A DNA stretch of 49,367 nt, taken from an uncultured Hyphomicrobiales bacterium. Its GTDB lineage: Bacteria > Bacteroidota > Ignavibacteria > Kapaibacteriales > Kapaibacteriaceae. The position numbers and the translations under genes are program-made. Shown here piece by piece: positions 27,712-36,529 of this stretch. The stretch is from positions 2,904-52,270 of the forward strand of contig CAZGHI010000007.1 of NCBI GenBank assembly GCA_964525565.1. The letters run 5' to 3'. Position 1 is the stretch's first letter. The number at the start of each line of letters is the position of its first letter. The notes under the pieces were generated by a model that saw only the letters and a program-made list of their open reading frames with translations, did not search any database and was not told the origin of the DNA.

Positions 27712-28863
27712 ATGAAGCGAAGTGATTTTTATCTCGACCCTGAAGTCGTGTTTTTAAACCACGGTTCGTTTGGAGCATGTCCGCAAATACTCATGGCTGA
27801 ACAACAGCGCTGGCAACGAATTCTGGAAACCGAGCCGGTTGCGTTTTTCCATGCATTACCGCAACGGATGAAAGCAGCCCGACAGGCGCTTGCAAGTTTT
27901 GTGGGCGCTAAGGCTTCTGATCTGGTGTTTGTACAGAATAGTACCTATGGAGCAAACGTTATGGCATACGCCATGGCGCGCTACTTGAATCCCGGTGACG
28001 AAGTGTTGATCCCTGACCACGAGTATGGAGCTTGCCGCAGGGCATTTGAGTTCCACCTTCGGGGTACGGGAATCTCGATAGGTGCATGTTCGATTCCTCT
28101 GCCGGTGCCACCGGATGACCATGTTGCCGATATCGTGATCCAAGCCATTACCCCGCGAACACGAGCCATTTTTATCAGTCATATCACCTCGCCAACAGCC
28201 TGCCTTTTACCGATTGAGAGAATAGGCCGCGAAGCACAGTCGCGAGGAATTCTGATGTTGGTGGATGGAGCACATGCACCCGGTCATATTCCTGTGAACC
28301 TAAGCGTACTTCCCGCCGATATGTACACAGCCAACTGTCATAAATGGATGTGCTTGCCAAAAGGGTCGGGTTTCCTTTGGGTGAGTCCGGCCATGCAGAA
28401 GATTACTCCACCGTTGGTGGCAAGCTGGGGGAACACATGGCTCTCGGAGGGAGATGGTGAGTTTATTGACGAACACGAGTACATTGGTACCCGTGACCCA
28501 TCTACTTTTTTAACGATACATGAAGCCTTGCGGTGGATGGAAGGCGAAGACTGGTGGGGAATGGTAGAACATGCTCATGCACTGGTAAAGCGTGGAATGC
28601 AAGAACTCACGAGCATTCCAACAGTTCGGCCTGTGTCTGCCGATTGGCCAAACCACAAGTTGATGATGGGTGCGGTATTATTACCTGATGGAATGGTCGC
28701 ATCCGACGTACAGCGCTTATTCCTTCGTGATGACGCTCTGCAGATGAGTTGTATGGAACGGCTGGCGCATACAGTTCTGCGCTTTAGCGTACATGGTTAC
28801 ACAACGCCGGATGAGGTTCAGGTAATGATAAACGCTGTGCAAGCTTTGCTGGCGCAGCGGTAA
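27712..28863 (+). CDS. class V PLP-dependent aminotransferase (isopenicillin-N-epimerase / cysteine-desulfurase-like)
   Basis: 383 aa. LNHGSFGACP N-terminus, ISHITSPT, VDGAHAPG, and the PLP-lysine context TANCHKWM. Confidence 0.82.
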   Translation: MKRSDFYLDPEVVFLNHGSFGACPQILMAEQQRWQRILETEPVAFFHALPQRMKAARQALASFVGAKASDLVFVQNSTYGANVMAYAMARYLNPGDEVLIPDHEYGACRRAFEFHLRGTGISIGACSIPLPVPPDDHVADIVIQAITPRTRAIFISHITSPTACLLPIERIGREAQSRGILMLVDGAHAPGHIPVNLSVLPADMYTANCHKWMCLPKGSGFLWVSPAMQKITPPLVASWGNTWLSEGDGEFIDEHEYIGTRDPSTFLTIHEALRWMEGEDWWGMVEHAHALVKRGMQELTSIPTVRPVSADWPNHKLMMGAVLLPDGMVASDVQRLFLRDDALQMSCMERLAHTVLRFSVHGYTTPDEVQVMINAVQALLAQR

Positions 28864-28866
28864 GCA

Positions 28867-29169
28867 CTAATTATTAGATTCCAAATGCTGATGTTCATGC
28901 TTTTGCGGGACATTTTTTACTTCCCGAATTTTTGCAATAAACTGCTCCATGAACTCAAGCGAATCCGGTAGATTCAAACTAAGCTGAGCTCCTCCATTGA
29001 TTTCTAGATCAACATAAATCTCATTATCATGATATTTATACTCAACATTGATGTCGTGAATGTCTGAGAACGGAACGTTATGCTTGCCAAAATGGAAAAT
29101 TTTCATGGCGAACTCCGTTAAAGTTGTGAGTAGTATGAATTGAAGTACAATGTACACCGAATCATTCAT
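28867..29169 (-). CDS. small hypothetical protein (79-100 aa), AT-rich orphan
   Basis: An ORF with two candidate ATG starts: 29169, or 29106 preceded by GGAG. No motif recognised. The His/Glu-rich tail is QKHEHQHLESNN. The sequence is noticeably AT-richer than both neighbours. Confidence 0.5.
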   Translation of the reverse strand: MNDSVYIVLQFILLTTLTEFAMKIFHFGKHNVPFSDIHDINVEYKYHDNEIYVDLEINGGAQLSLNLPDSLEFMEQFIAKIREVKNVPQKHEHQHLESNN

Positions 29170-29207
29170 CAGACAAAACGCGGAAACACACTTTTTTCAT
29201 CGCCGGC

Positions 29208-29828
29208 CTATTCTGTTCCGAACATCCTGTCACCCGCATCGCCCAACCCCGGAACAATAAATCCAACGCTATTCAGATGACTGTCGATAGCAGCAACAAC
29301 AATGTTGGCATGCGGATGCGACTCGGCAACTGCGTTAAGTCCTTCCGGTGCGGCAATCACACTTGCTGAACACATACGTGAGAAGCCCGCCTCCTGCAAT
29401 TTGTGCATGGTGGCTACCATGCTACCACCGGTGGCAAGCATAGGGTCGAGAACAATGGCCGTTGTTTGTTCGGTTGGTTTAGGTAAGCGGGAATAATATT
29501 CGTATGGCAGCAATGTTTCTTCGTTACGGCGCAGTCCCTCAAACCCAACGGAAGCCTCAGGCAGAATTTCAAGGAAGGCGTTCAACAGTCCTAGACCCGC
29601 CCGTAGCACAGGTACCAGAACTACATTACCTGCTATCCGACGTGCCTCGGTTGTGGCAAGAGGTGTTTCCACCGTTCCATGTTGTTCCGGCAGATGTTTT
29701 GAGACCTCAACGGCAAGGTGCAACCCGATTCTGTGAATTGCTTGTCTAAATCTCTGAACTCCGGTGGTACTGTCACGAATAATGGTTAGTTCATGGCTGA
29801 TACCTGTTCCACCAAGAGTGTGAATCAT
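29208..29828 (-). CDS. upp: uracil phosphoribosyltransferase
   Basis: 206 aa. PRPP-binding VLDPMLATGGS, C-terminal IVPGLGDAGDRMFGT, and LRAGLGL uracil-binding region. Confidence 0.92.
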   Translation of the reverse strand: MIHTLGGTGISHELTIIRDSTTGVQRFRQAIHRIGLHLAVEVSKHLPEQHGTVETPLATTEARRIAGNVVLVPVLRAGLGLLNAFLEILPEASVGFEGLRRNEETLLPYEYYSRLPKPTEQTTAIVLDPMLATGGSMVATMHKLQEAGFSRMCSASVIAAPEGLNAVAESHPHANIVVAAIDSHLNSVGFIVPGLGDAGDRMFGTE

Positions 29829-29841
29829 AAGGGGGCTTTGG

Positions 29842-31872
29842 TTAAAAGGGCAAATAATACACTAAGGTAAATCTGGGAATTGAATATATCGAGTTTACAT
29901 CTGCCAAATCAACGGACTCAACTGTTGGCATTGCGCTGTTCTTATACGTTTCTCCGGTAACGGGGTCGGAATAAACGCGAACAACTCTGTCGAGGTCGGT
30001 ACCTAGAAGGAAATTGTATCGAACGTTGAACATTGGGTAAAAAAGCCCAATTGATGTTGGGATATTCATGCCGATTCCAATACCAGCATTCAGTCCGTAC
30101 TTTGCTCGCACGATGGTTCCATCGTTGATATTTGCGTAGGAAAGTCCTAGCTGTGGCAGAAAGTTTACCTTGCTGTACGGGTTAAGACTGTAGAGTGCAG
30201 AGATCTCACCAACCCATGTGGTTATGGGGTCCAACCCAAAGTCCTGGGCCGGTTTCGAATTTTGGGAGTACACTATAGTAGCCTCCAAAACAAGGTGCGT
30301 GGTTACACCATACGTTATTGAACCACCAAAGGCCAACAAGCCATCGAACGAAGCAGTCTTTTGTGGGCCTGCTTCCCTTTCATAGTAACTCCACCGAGAG
30401 GGGTCTGTCGGTAGCGCAGTACTCGTCATCTCCCATCGTTGTAAGTACTGCTGTAGTTCGATAACGGTGAGTGATCCTAAAGACAAGCCAACGCCAATTT
30501 TCCGAGGTTTAATCCACTTTTCCCAGGCGACACTGTCGGCAAAGTAGTTGTCGAGGGCCAATTCCCAGTCGCGATCGTCGGGGTAATCTTCGTCGCGCGG
30601 TGGTTTCGGCTGAGCGTTGGCAGCACACACAACAACGGCGAGTGTAAGTGCCAGTTTAAAAAAGGTTTGTGCGGTTGTTGTTGTTAGGTCGATAATACGT
30701 TGCATGGTTGTTCCTCTGATCTCTGCAATTCTTTCGGCAACAAACTGCACTAGGGCTGGTTCATTGCGTTTCCCCCGATGAGGTTCAGGCGTAATGTATG
30801 GCGAATCAGTCTCAATCATAAATCTGTCGTCAGGCACTGTGGTCACAACGTCGTGTAACGTCGAACGTTTGAATGTGATATTGCCGGTAAACGAAACCAA
30901 CATACCTGCATTCAGCGCTCTCTTTAGGGTGTCAGTCCCGCTTGAGAAGCAATGTAGCACTCCACGAAGCGTACCATCCTGTTCTTCTTCGATAATGGTT
31001 AACACGTCGTTATCTGCTTCGCGGTTATGAACGATGATTGGCAGGTTCACGCGTTTAGCAATTCGGATTTGCTCTCTAAACCAAAGCTGCTGTACGTTTT
31101 TGGGCGCAAAATCATAGTAATAGTCAAGCCCGATTTCTCCAATGGCAACAACCTTTTTGGCAGTAGCTTCCAACTCGACTGCGTAGAGTTCATTCAGGTC
31201 CAGGTTTGCTACGTGGTGTGGATGAACACCAACACCACGAGAGAGTCCGTCGTTAGCTGAAACGATTTCCGCTAGATGCTGTCGCCTTGCGGGTTCGATG
31301 TCCGGAACTACTATATGCCGAACTCCTGCATCCCACGCGCGCTGAAGTACTTCTGCACGATCGGCCTCGAATGCTTTTACGTCAATATGAGCATGGGAAT
31401 CAATTCGAGGCTGCGTAGCCATGAAATCATGAATCTGCTGTATCTGTCTCGCATGACGAACGTTGCTCCATACCTTGCGGATAACTCCCTTAGGGTCTAT
31501 CAGATATGATGTGCGCACAATTCCCATGTATTCGCGGCCATAGAGTTTTTTAAGCTTCCACACATCATATAGGTCTATGATTTTGCGGTGTGGATCGGCT
31601 AGAAGCGTAAAGTTCAGATTGTATTTGGCCTTAAACGCATTGTGCGACTCTACGCTGTCCGGACTAACACCAATAACCTGTATTCCAAGATCCGTAAGTA
31701 CGCTCATGCTGTCGCGAAATGAACATGCCTGAGCCGTGCACGTTGGCGTATCGTCTTCAGGATAAAAGTAAAGAAGAACCCACCGCCCCTTACAATCCTT
31801 CAGCGATAAACGTCCACCAGTATCTGTGTTTGCCGTGAATGCGGGTGCCCGTGTACCTTCGAGAAGTGCCAT
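29842..31872 (-). CDS. single ORF encoding Bcp-type peroxiredoxin + TatD-family metal-dependent hydrolase + C-terminal beta-barrel-like domain
   Basis: aa 4-153 carry the Bcp motifs (WVLLYFYPEDDTPTCTAQAC). aa 154-410 are TatD (IDSHAHID...IGEIGLDYYY...HNREA...LHCF...ETDSPY). aa 393-424 look like a signal peptide (MQRIIDLTTTTAQTFFKLALTLAVVVCAANA/Q). aa 425-679 are beta-rich and end ...RFTLVYYLPF. There is no stop codon at either junction. Confidence 0.75.
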   Translation of the reverse strand: MALLEGTRAPAFTANTDTGGRLSLKDCKGRWVLLYFYPEDDTPTCTAQACSFRDSMSVLTDLGIQVIGVSPDSVESHNAFKAKYNLNFTLLADPHRKIIDLYDVWKLKKLYGREYMGIVRTSYLIDPKGVIRKVWSNVRHARQIQQIHDFMATQPRIDSHAHIDVKAFEADRAEVLQRAWDAGVRHIVVPDIEPARRQHLAEIVSANDGLSRGVGVHPHHVANLDLNELYAVELEATAKKVVAIGEIGLDYYYDFAPKNVQQLWFREQIRIAKRVNLPIIVHNREADNDVLTIIEEEQDGTLRGVLHCFSSGTDTLKRALNAGMLVSFTGNITFKRSTLHDVVTTVPDDRFMIETDSPYITPEPHRGKRNEPALVQFVAERIAEIRGTTMQRIIDLTTTTAQTFFKLALTLAVVVCAANAQPKPPRDEDYPDDRDWELALDNYFADSVAWEKWIKPRKIGVGLSLGSLTVIELQQYLQRWEMTSTALPTDPSRWSYYEREAGPQKTASFDGLLAFGGSITYGVTTHLVLEATIVYSQNSKPAQDFGLDPITTWVGEISALYSLNPYSKVNFLPQLGLSYANINDGTIVRAKYGLNAGIGIGMNIPTSIGLFYPMFNVRYNFLLGTDLDRVVRVYSDPVTGETYKNSAMPTVESVDLADVNSIYSIPRFTLVYYLPF

Positions 31873-31931
31873 ACAAAACATGAATAATCAAGTGAATGGC
31901 AAAGGTACGGCATGGAGGAGAAGCGGGTTGC

Positions 31932-33638
31932 CTAAACATCAATGCGGCGAGCCTGAAACAACTCTATCAACGCTTGTTCTACTGGGGTGGGCACGTCTTC
32001 AACAATGTGGGTATCGTTGGCCGGTATCCTCTGTTCACCTTTTGGGGATAAACCATCGGATGGAACTTCATGTGCACTCACAGACATCACCTGAACACCC
32101 ACCGGTGTGCCAAAGATAGTCAGCAGGTGTTCTTTTAGTTCTGGTAGTTTATCTGCCACCCGGTGGGCGATAACATTGGCTGTAGGCAGTAACAGCAACC
32201 CTACATCCGAAAAGTCCACGCCTAACAATCCTTGCTTTATGGACGACCGTATAAACGCCAGGTGCTCCGGAAGTGCATCGAGCACGTCTGGCCAGCGCAG
32301 AGCAAGATCCAGTTTCGATAATGAGTTAACCGGCTTGCTCATCTCTCGTAGTTTTTTGCTGAAGGGAGTAGCTCGCTGCAGCTCAACTGTATTGGCATTG
32401 GAACGTTGCTGTTGCTTGGGTTGTCGTGCTTCAAGGGTATTTCGTGGACCGATCTTAAGGGCTACGGGTACTCCGCCAACCGGGGAGGGCACAGAGCCAG
32501 CACCAAGTCGGGCCAGCAGTTCGCCCAGATCAACACTAGACTCCATTGAAGCTAGTTTGACAAGGGTAAACTCAAATCGAATTCTCGGTTGTGGCGGGTT
32601 TTGTCGCAATTGAGCTTCCCCGGCAGACAGTACAGCTAACAGGCGAACAAGATCAGTTGAGGTATAGTGCGACGCCTCTGCAGTGTACCGTTCGCGCGTA
32701 GCCTGAGCCCCTTCTATGAGTGCGTCCGATCCTGTGGCAACAACGGTGAGCAGGTTGCGGTAATGTTCCAAGAGTCCAACCAGACACTCTTGAACATCGT
32801 ATCCTCGCTGAACAACTTGCTGAGCGAGCATAAGAATACGTCCAACATTCCTCTCACGAGCAGCCACGCTTACGTCGAAAAAGAAGTCTGCATCAATTAA
32901 ATGAAGGGCATTGGAAACATCTGCTATCGTGATGGTGTTGCCACAGAATGCAACAACCTGGTCGAAGATGCTCTGGGCATCACGCATAGAACCGTCGGAC
33001 TTGCGAGCGATGGCATGTAGCGACGGCTCGTCTATTTGAATCTTGTCTGCAGAAGCAATGGTAGCCAGGTGCGCAACTGTTGCCTGAACCTCCATGCGAT
33101 GAAAGTCAAAACGCTGGCACCTGCTTAGAATGGTTGCGGGAACCTTGTGAATTTCCGTTGTTGCGAAGATGAATACCAGGTGGGGAGGTGGTTCTTCGAG
33201 GGTTTTCAGTAAAGCATTAAAAGCTGCTGTTGACAGCATGTGAACTTCGTCAATGATGTACATCTTGTATGACCCGGCAACCGGGGCATATCGGGCATTA
33301 TCGCGTAGTTTTCGTACATCATCAACACTGTTGTTCGAGGCACCGTCGATTTCAATAACATCAACACTGCGACTGTTCAACACGTCGCGACAAGCATCAC
33401 ATTCGTTGCATGGTTCGGCATTAACAGGTTGCACGCAATTGAGTGCACGGGCCAGAATACGAGCGCATGTTGTTTTGCCAACACCTCGTGGTCCGGTAAA
33501 AAGATAGGCGTGGTGCACTCTCCCGGTGGATAAGGCATTCCGTAGTGTAGTTGTAACATGCTCCTGCCCAACCACGTCAGAGAATCGCAAAGGTCGCCAC
33601 TTTCTGGCAGTAACAACAAAATTTTGATCCGGTATCAT
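31932..33638 (-). CDS. dnaX: DNA polymerase III subunit gamma/tau
   Basis: RKWRPLRFSDVVGQEHV, Walker A GPRGVGKTT, zinc module CNECDACRDV, IIDEVHMLS, and SRCQRF sensor. Confidence 0.93.
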   Translation of the reverse strand: MIPDQNFVVTARKWRPLRFSDVVGQEHVTTTLRNALSTGRVHHAYLFTGPRGVGKTTCARILARALNCVQPVNAEPCNECDACRDVLNSRSVDVIEIDGASNNSVDDVRKLRDNARYAPVAGSYKMYIIDEVHMLSTAAFNALLKTLEEPPPHLVFIFATTEIHKVPATILSRCQRFDFHRMEVQATVAHLATIASADKIQIDEPSLHAIARKSDGSMRDAQSIFDQVVAFCGNTITIADVSNALHLIDADFFFDVSVAARERNVGRILMLAQQVVQRGYDVQECLVGLLEHYRNLLTVVATGSDALIEGAQATRERYTAEASHYTSTDLVRLLAVLSAGEAQLRQNPPQPRIRFEFTLVKLASMESSVDLGELLARLGAGSVPSPVGGVPVALKIGPRNTLEARQPKQQQRSNANTVELQRATPFSKKLREMSKPVNSLSKLDLALRWPDVLDALPEHLAFIRSSIKQGLLGVDFSDVGLLLLPTANVIAHRVADKLPELKEHLLTIFGTPVGVQVMSVSAHEVPSDGLSPKGEQRIPANDTHIVEDVPTPVEQALIELFQARRIDV

Positions 33639-33679
33639 AGTAGATTACAACCTAGTATAGTATGGTAGTTGAGAAACTC

Positions 33680-36529
33680 ATGAGAAATACGTGTATGCCC
33701 CTCCTGGGCTTAGTCTTTATTGTGCTTGCCTCGAATGGCATGGCTGCAGTAACAGATTCCATCACTGTTATTTCTGACAATGGTATCGATGTTGTTGCTG
33801 GCCACGTTCGAGTGATCTTTCGCAATCCGTTTTTTCGTGATTCAGACATTCCACCAGGTTTTGCTCTACGCCATCGTTTTCTAAAACCAGAGCAAACTTT
33901 GCTAATAAATGCCGATCCCACTGTTCAGCAGTTGAATAAACCGCGAATGCAAACAGAACTTCGGCTTCTTTCCTGTGCTGTTCTGCGGTACGAAACCAAT
34001 GAACATCCGTCGCTTGTATCACGTAGGCTACGCAAAGATCCGAATATCGTATGGGCCGAACCATGGTATGTGATGCATACCCAGCATACACCCAACGATG
34101 CTTTGTTTGGACAGCAGTTGGCGCTGAATGTTCTCGGAATGCAAGAAGCATGGAATATATCCAAAGGCAACAAAGATGTGGTCGTTGCCATTATTGACAA
34201 CGGTGTGGATCAAACACATGAAGATTTGCAGCCCATGTTATGGACAAATACTTCCGAAATCCCAAACAACGGCCTGGACGATGACGGCAACGGCGTTGTT
34301 GATGACTACCGGGGGTGTAACCTTACGTGGAATCTTGATGGAACAGAAGCTGGAAATACCTTTAATAGCGGAGCCGGCGGTCACGGAACGAATGTGGCCG
34401 GCATCTCCAGCGCAGCAACCAACAACGGACTTGGCATTGCAGGTATTGCATACAACTGTTTAATGTTTCCGATTAAGACATCGCTAAAGAATACGGGTGC
34501 CATCCTGTTTGGAACCGAAGCACTCCTGTATGCGGCTCAGATGGGTTTTCGTGTTGCTAATTGTTCATGGGGGACTTCATCTTCAGCAGGCAGCTATAAA
34601 CCTTACTCATTTGTTGACCAGTACATCATTGACTACTGTATTGCCAGAGGAATGGTTGTTACCGCTGCTGCAGGTAACCATGGTAATGGTGTAGGGGGCT
34701 CGGGTTGGCGCGAGCTGAACTATCCCGCAGCATACGACGGGGTGATAGGAACCGGAGAAACAACTACTTCCGATAAGGTCACAGCTACCAGCGGATTGGC
34801 AGGGAATGCATGGATAATGGCGCCGGGCAACAGTGCTACAACTACCACGTCGTCGGGGGGCTACACATCGTCCAATATTCAAGGTAGCTCGTTTGCCGCT
34901 CCAATGTCGGCAGGAGCGGCTGCGTTACTATGTGCACATCGGCCAAATCTTACTCCCAGGCAGATTGCGGCAGTGCTCCGTTCAACGGGAACGGATATTA
35001 CCGATAATAATCCGTCAGTAGCCAAGTATCTGCCACGCAGATTAAACGTGGCTAAGGCATTGCAGGTAGATCCGACGTCGATTCCCGGGCTTCGCATTAA
35101 ACAACTGGTAGTCCGGAATACACGTGGAGAGATGATTACTCGGTATGGATCGGGGGATACAGTGATGGTGTGGTTTCGTATTGTGAACGAACTTGGAGGA
35201 AGCGAACCATATACCTTCACAGCATCGGTCCTTGATCCAGCCGGTTGGTTAGTAGCCCTGCAAAGTGCAACCATTCAGCACGGCACAATTTCAAGCGGTG
35301 CGGAAGTTGAGGTTGGACCGTGGACGGCAATCATCCACCAGATGCGCACGCAGCCGGTTGCCGTAGCATTAGACTACGTGTCGGGAGATCATTACGATAG
35401 GCTGTTTGCATACCTGTACCCAGGCTCGGTAATGGCGACATTCGCAAACAATGCACTGTCGTTCTCCATTGGCGATAATGGCATGTTTGCATACGCTTCA
35501 ACCTTCTCCAATAACACCATGGCGGAAGGTACCGGCGTTGGGTGGCTGCCCTTTGCTCAAGATCTGGCTTGGGTAAGTGGTTTGCTGTTCACAGAAAACA
35601 ACGCTAGAGCGCTTAAAGCCTTCAATAACCAAACAGACATTAGCGACTTTTCACCTGAGAAACGTTTTGTTTCGCCGGATGAACGTAGAGGCGTGTGCAC
35701 CGATGTCAATGCAGGCAACCGTACGATTGGGGTGCGTGTTAAGCAACACTGCACTTTTCCGACTGCCGATGGTGCCAGTGCAGTGATTGCTATAGAAATT
35801 GAGAATATCTCGAATGAAACACTCACTGATCCAAGCATCGGCTATCTCTTTGACTGGGACGTTGGCCCGAGCGGCGTTAACAATACGGTGCGCGAAGCTC
35901 CGGAAGCATTGCCGGTATCGTTTCGTGAAATGGGTTCAGCGTTAATGTTCCAGCGGGAGTCGTTCCCGATTGTTGTAGTGTGCGCAGCGGTGAGCAATGA
36001 GCTGAATATACAGCCACAGGCTGCAGGTATGATGATGTCGGATATCGTTGCCGATGCCGACCAGCTCACCGATGCCGATGTGATTAAACTTCTCAACTCA
36101 GGTACTTCTGTGATGACCACTGCTTCCGGTGACGCCTGCGGTGTTGTTGGGATGAAATTCTCCGGTTCATTGCCACCTGGCGCATCAAAACGATGCATGA
36201 TTGTGTTTGGCGTTGGCCCTACGCCAGAAGCCGCAGCAGCCGTGGTTAGGCAAAGCATTGAAACTCCCAATAGTGTAGGTAATCTTCAGTTACGGCCGGT
36301 TCACCTGTACCCCAACCCTGCAACCCATCAATTACAGTACACTGTCCCGGAAGGTGCATATCGAAGTACAATAACCGATGTTCTTGGCAATTGCGTTTGG
36401 CAGCAGCAAAGTACAGTCGGAGAGATAGACCATATTGTAGATCTGAGTAACCTGGCACCGGGTAGGTACATGCTCAGGGCCTACGCCGATACGTTCGTAT
36501 ATCAATCTTCCTTTGTTGTTATTCGATGA
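33680..36529 (+). CDS. secreted subtilisin-like (S8) serine peptidase with T9SS C-terminal domain
   Basis: Signal peptide MRNTCMPLLGLVFIVLASNGMA. Catalytic Asp (AIIDNGVD), His (GGHGTNVAG) and Ser (GSSFAAPM). Ca-binding-like DDDGNGVVDDYRG. Tail VHLYPNPATHQLQY...PGRYMLRAY...FVVIR. Confidence 0.9.
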   Translation: MRNTCMPLLGLVFIVLASNGMAAVTDSITVISDNGIDVVAGHVRVIFRNPFFRDSDIPPGFALRHRFLKPEQTLLINADPTVQQLNKPRMQTELRLLSCAVLRYETNEHPSLVSRRLRKDPNIVWAEPWYVMHTQHTPNDALFGQQLALNVLGMQEAWNISKGNKDVVVAIIDNGVDQTHEDLQPMLWTNTSEIPNNGLDDDGNGVVDDYRGCNLTWNLDGTEAGNTFNSGAGGHGTNVAGISSAATNNGLGIAGIAYNCLMFPIKTSLKNTGAILFGTEALLYAAQMGFRVANCSWGTSSSAGSYKPYSFVDQYIIDYCIARGMVVTAAAGNHGNGVGGSGWRELNYPAAYDGVIGTGETTTSDKVTATSGLAGNAWIMAPGNSATTTTSSGGYTSSNIQGSSFAAPMSAGAAALLCAHRPNLTPRQIAAVLRSTGTDITDNNPSVAKYLPRRLNVAKALQVDPTSIPGLRIKQLVVRNTRGEMITRYGSGDTVMVWFRIVNELGGSEPYTFTASVLDPAGWLVALQSATIQHGTISSGAEVEVGPWTAIIHQMRTQPVAVALDYVSGDHYDRLFAYLYPGSVMATFANNALSFSIGDNGMFAYASTFSNNTMAEGTGVGWLPFAQDLAWVSGLLFTENNARALKAFNNQTDISDFSPEKRFVSPDERRGVCTDVNAGNRTIGVRVKQHCTFPTADGASAVIAIEIENISNETLTDPSIGYLFDWDVGPSGVNNTVREAPEALPVSFREMGSALMFQRESFPIVVVCAAVSNELNIQPQAAGMMMSDIVADADQLTDADVIKLLNSGTSVMTTASGDACGVVGMKFSGSLPPGASKRCMIVFGVGPTPEAAAAVVRQSIETPNSVGNLQLRPVHLYPNPATHQLQYTVPEGAYRSTITDVLGNCVWQQQSTVGEIDHIVDLSNLAPGRYMLRAYADTFVYQSSFVVIR

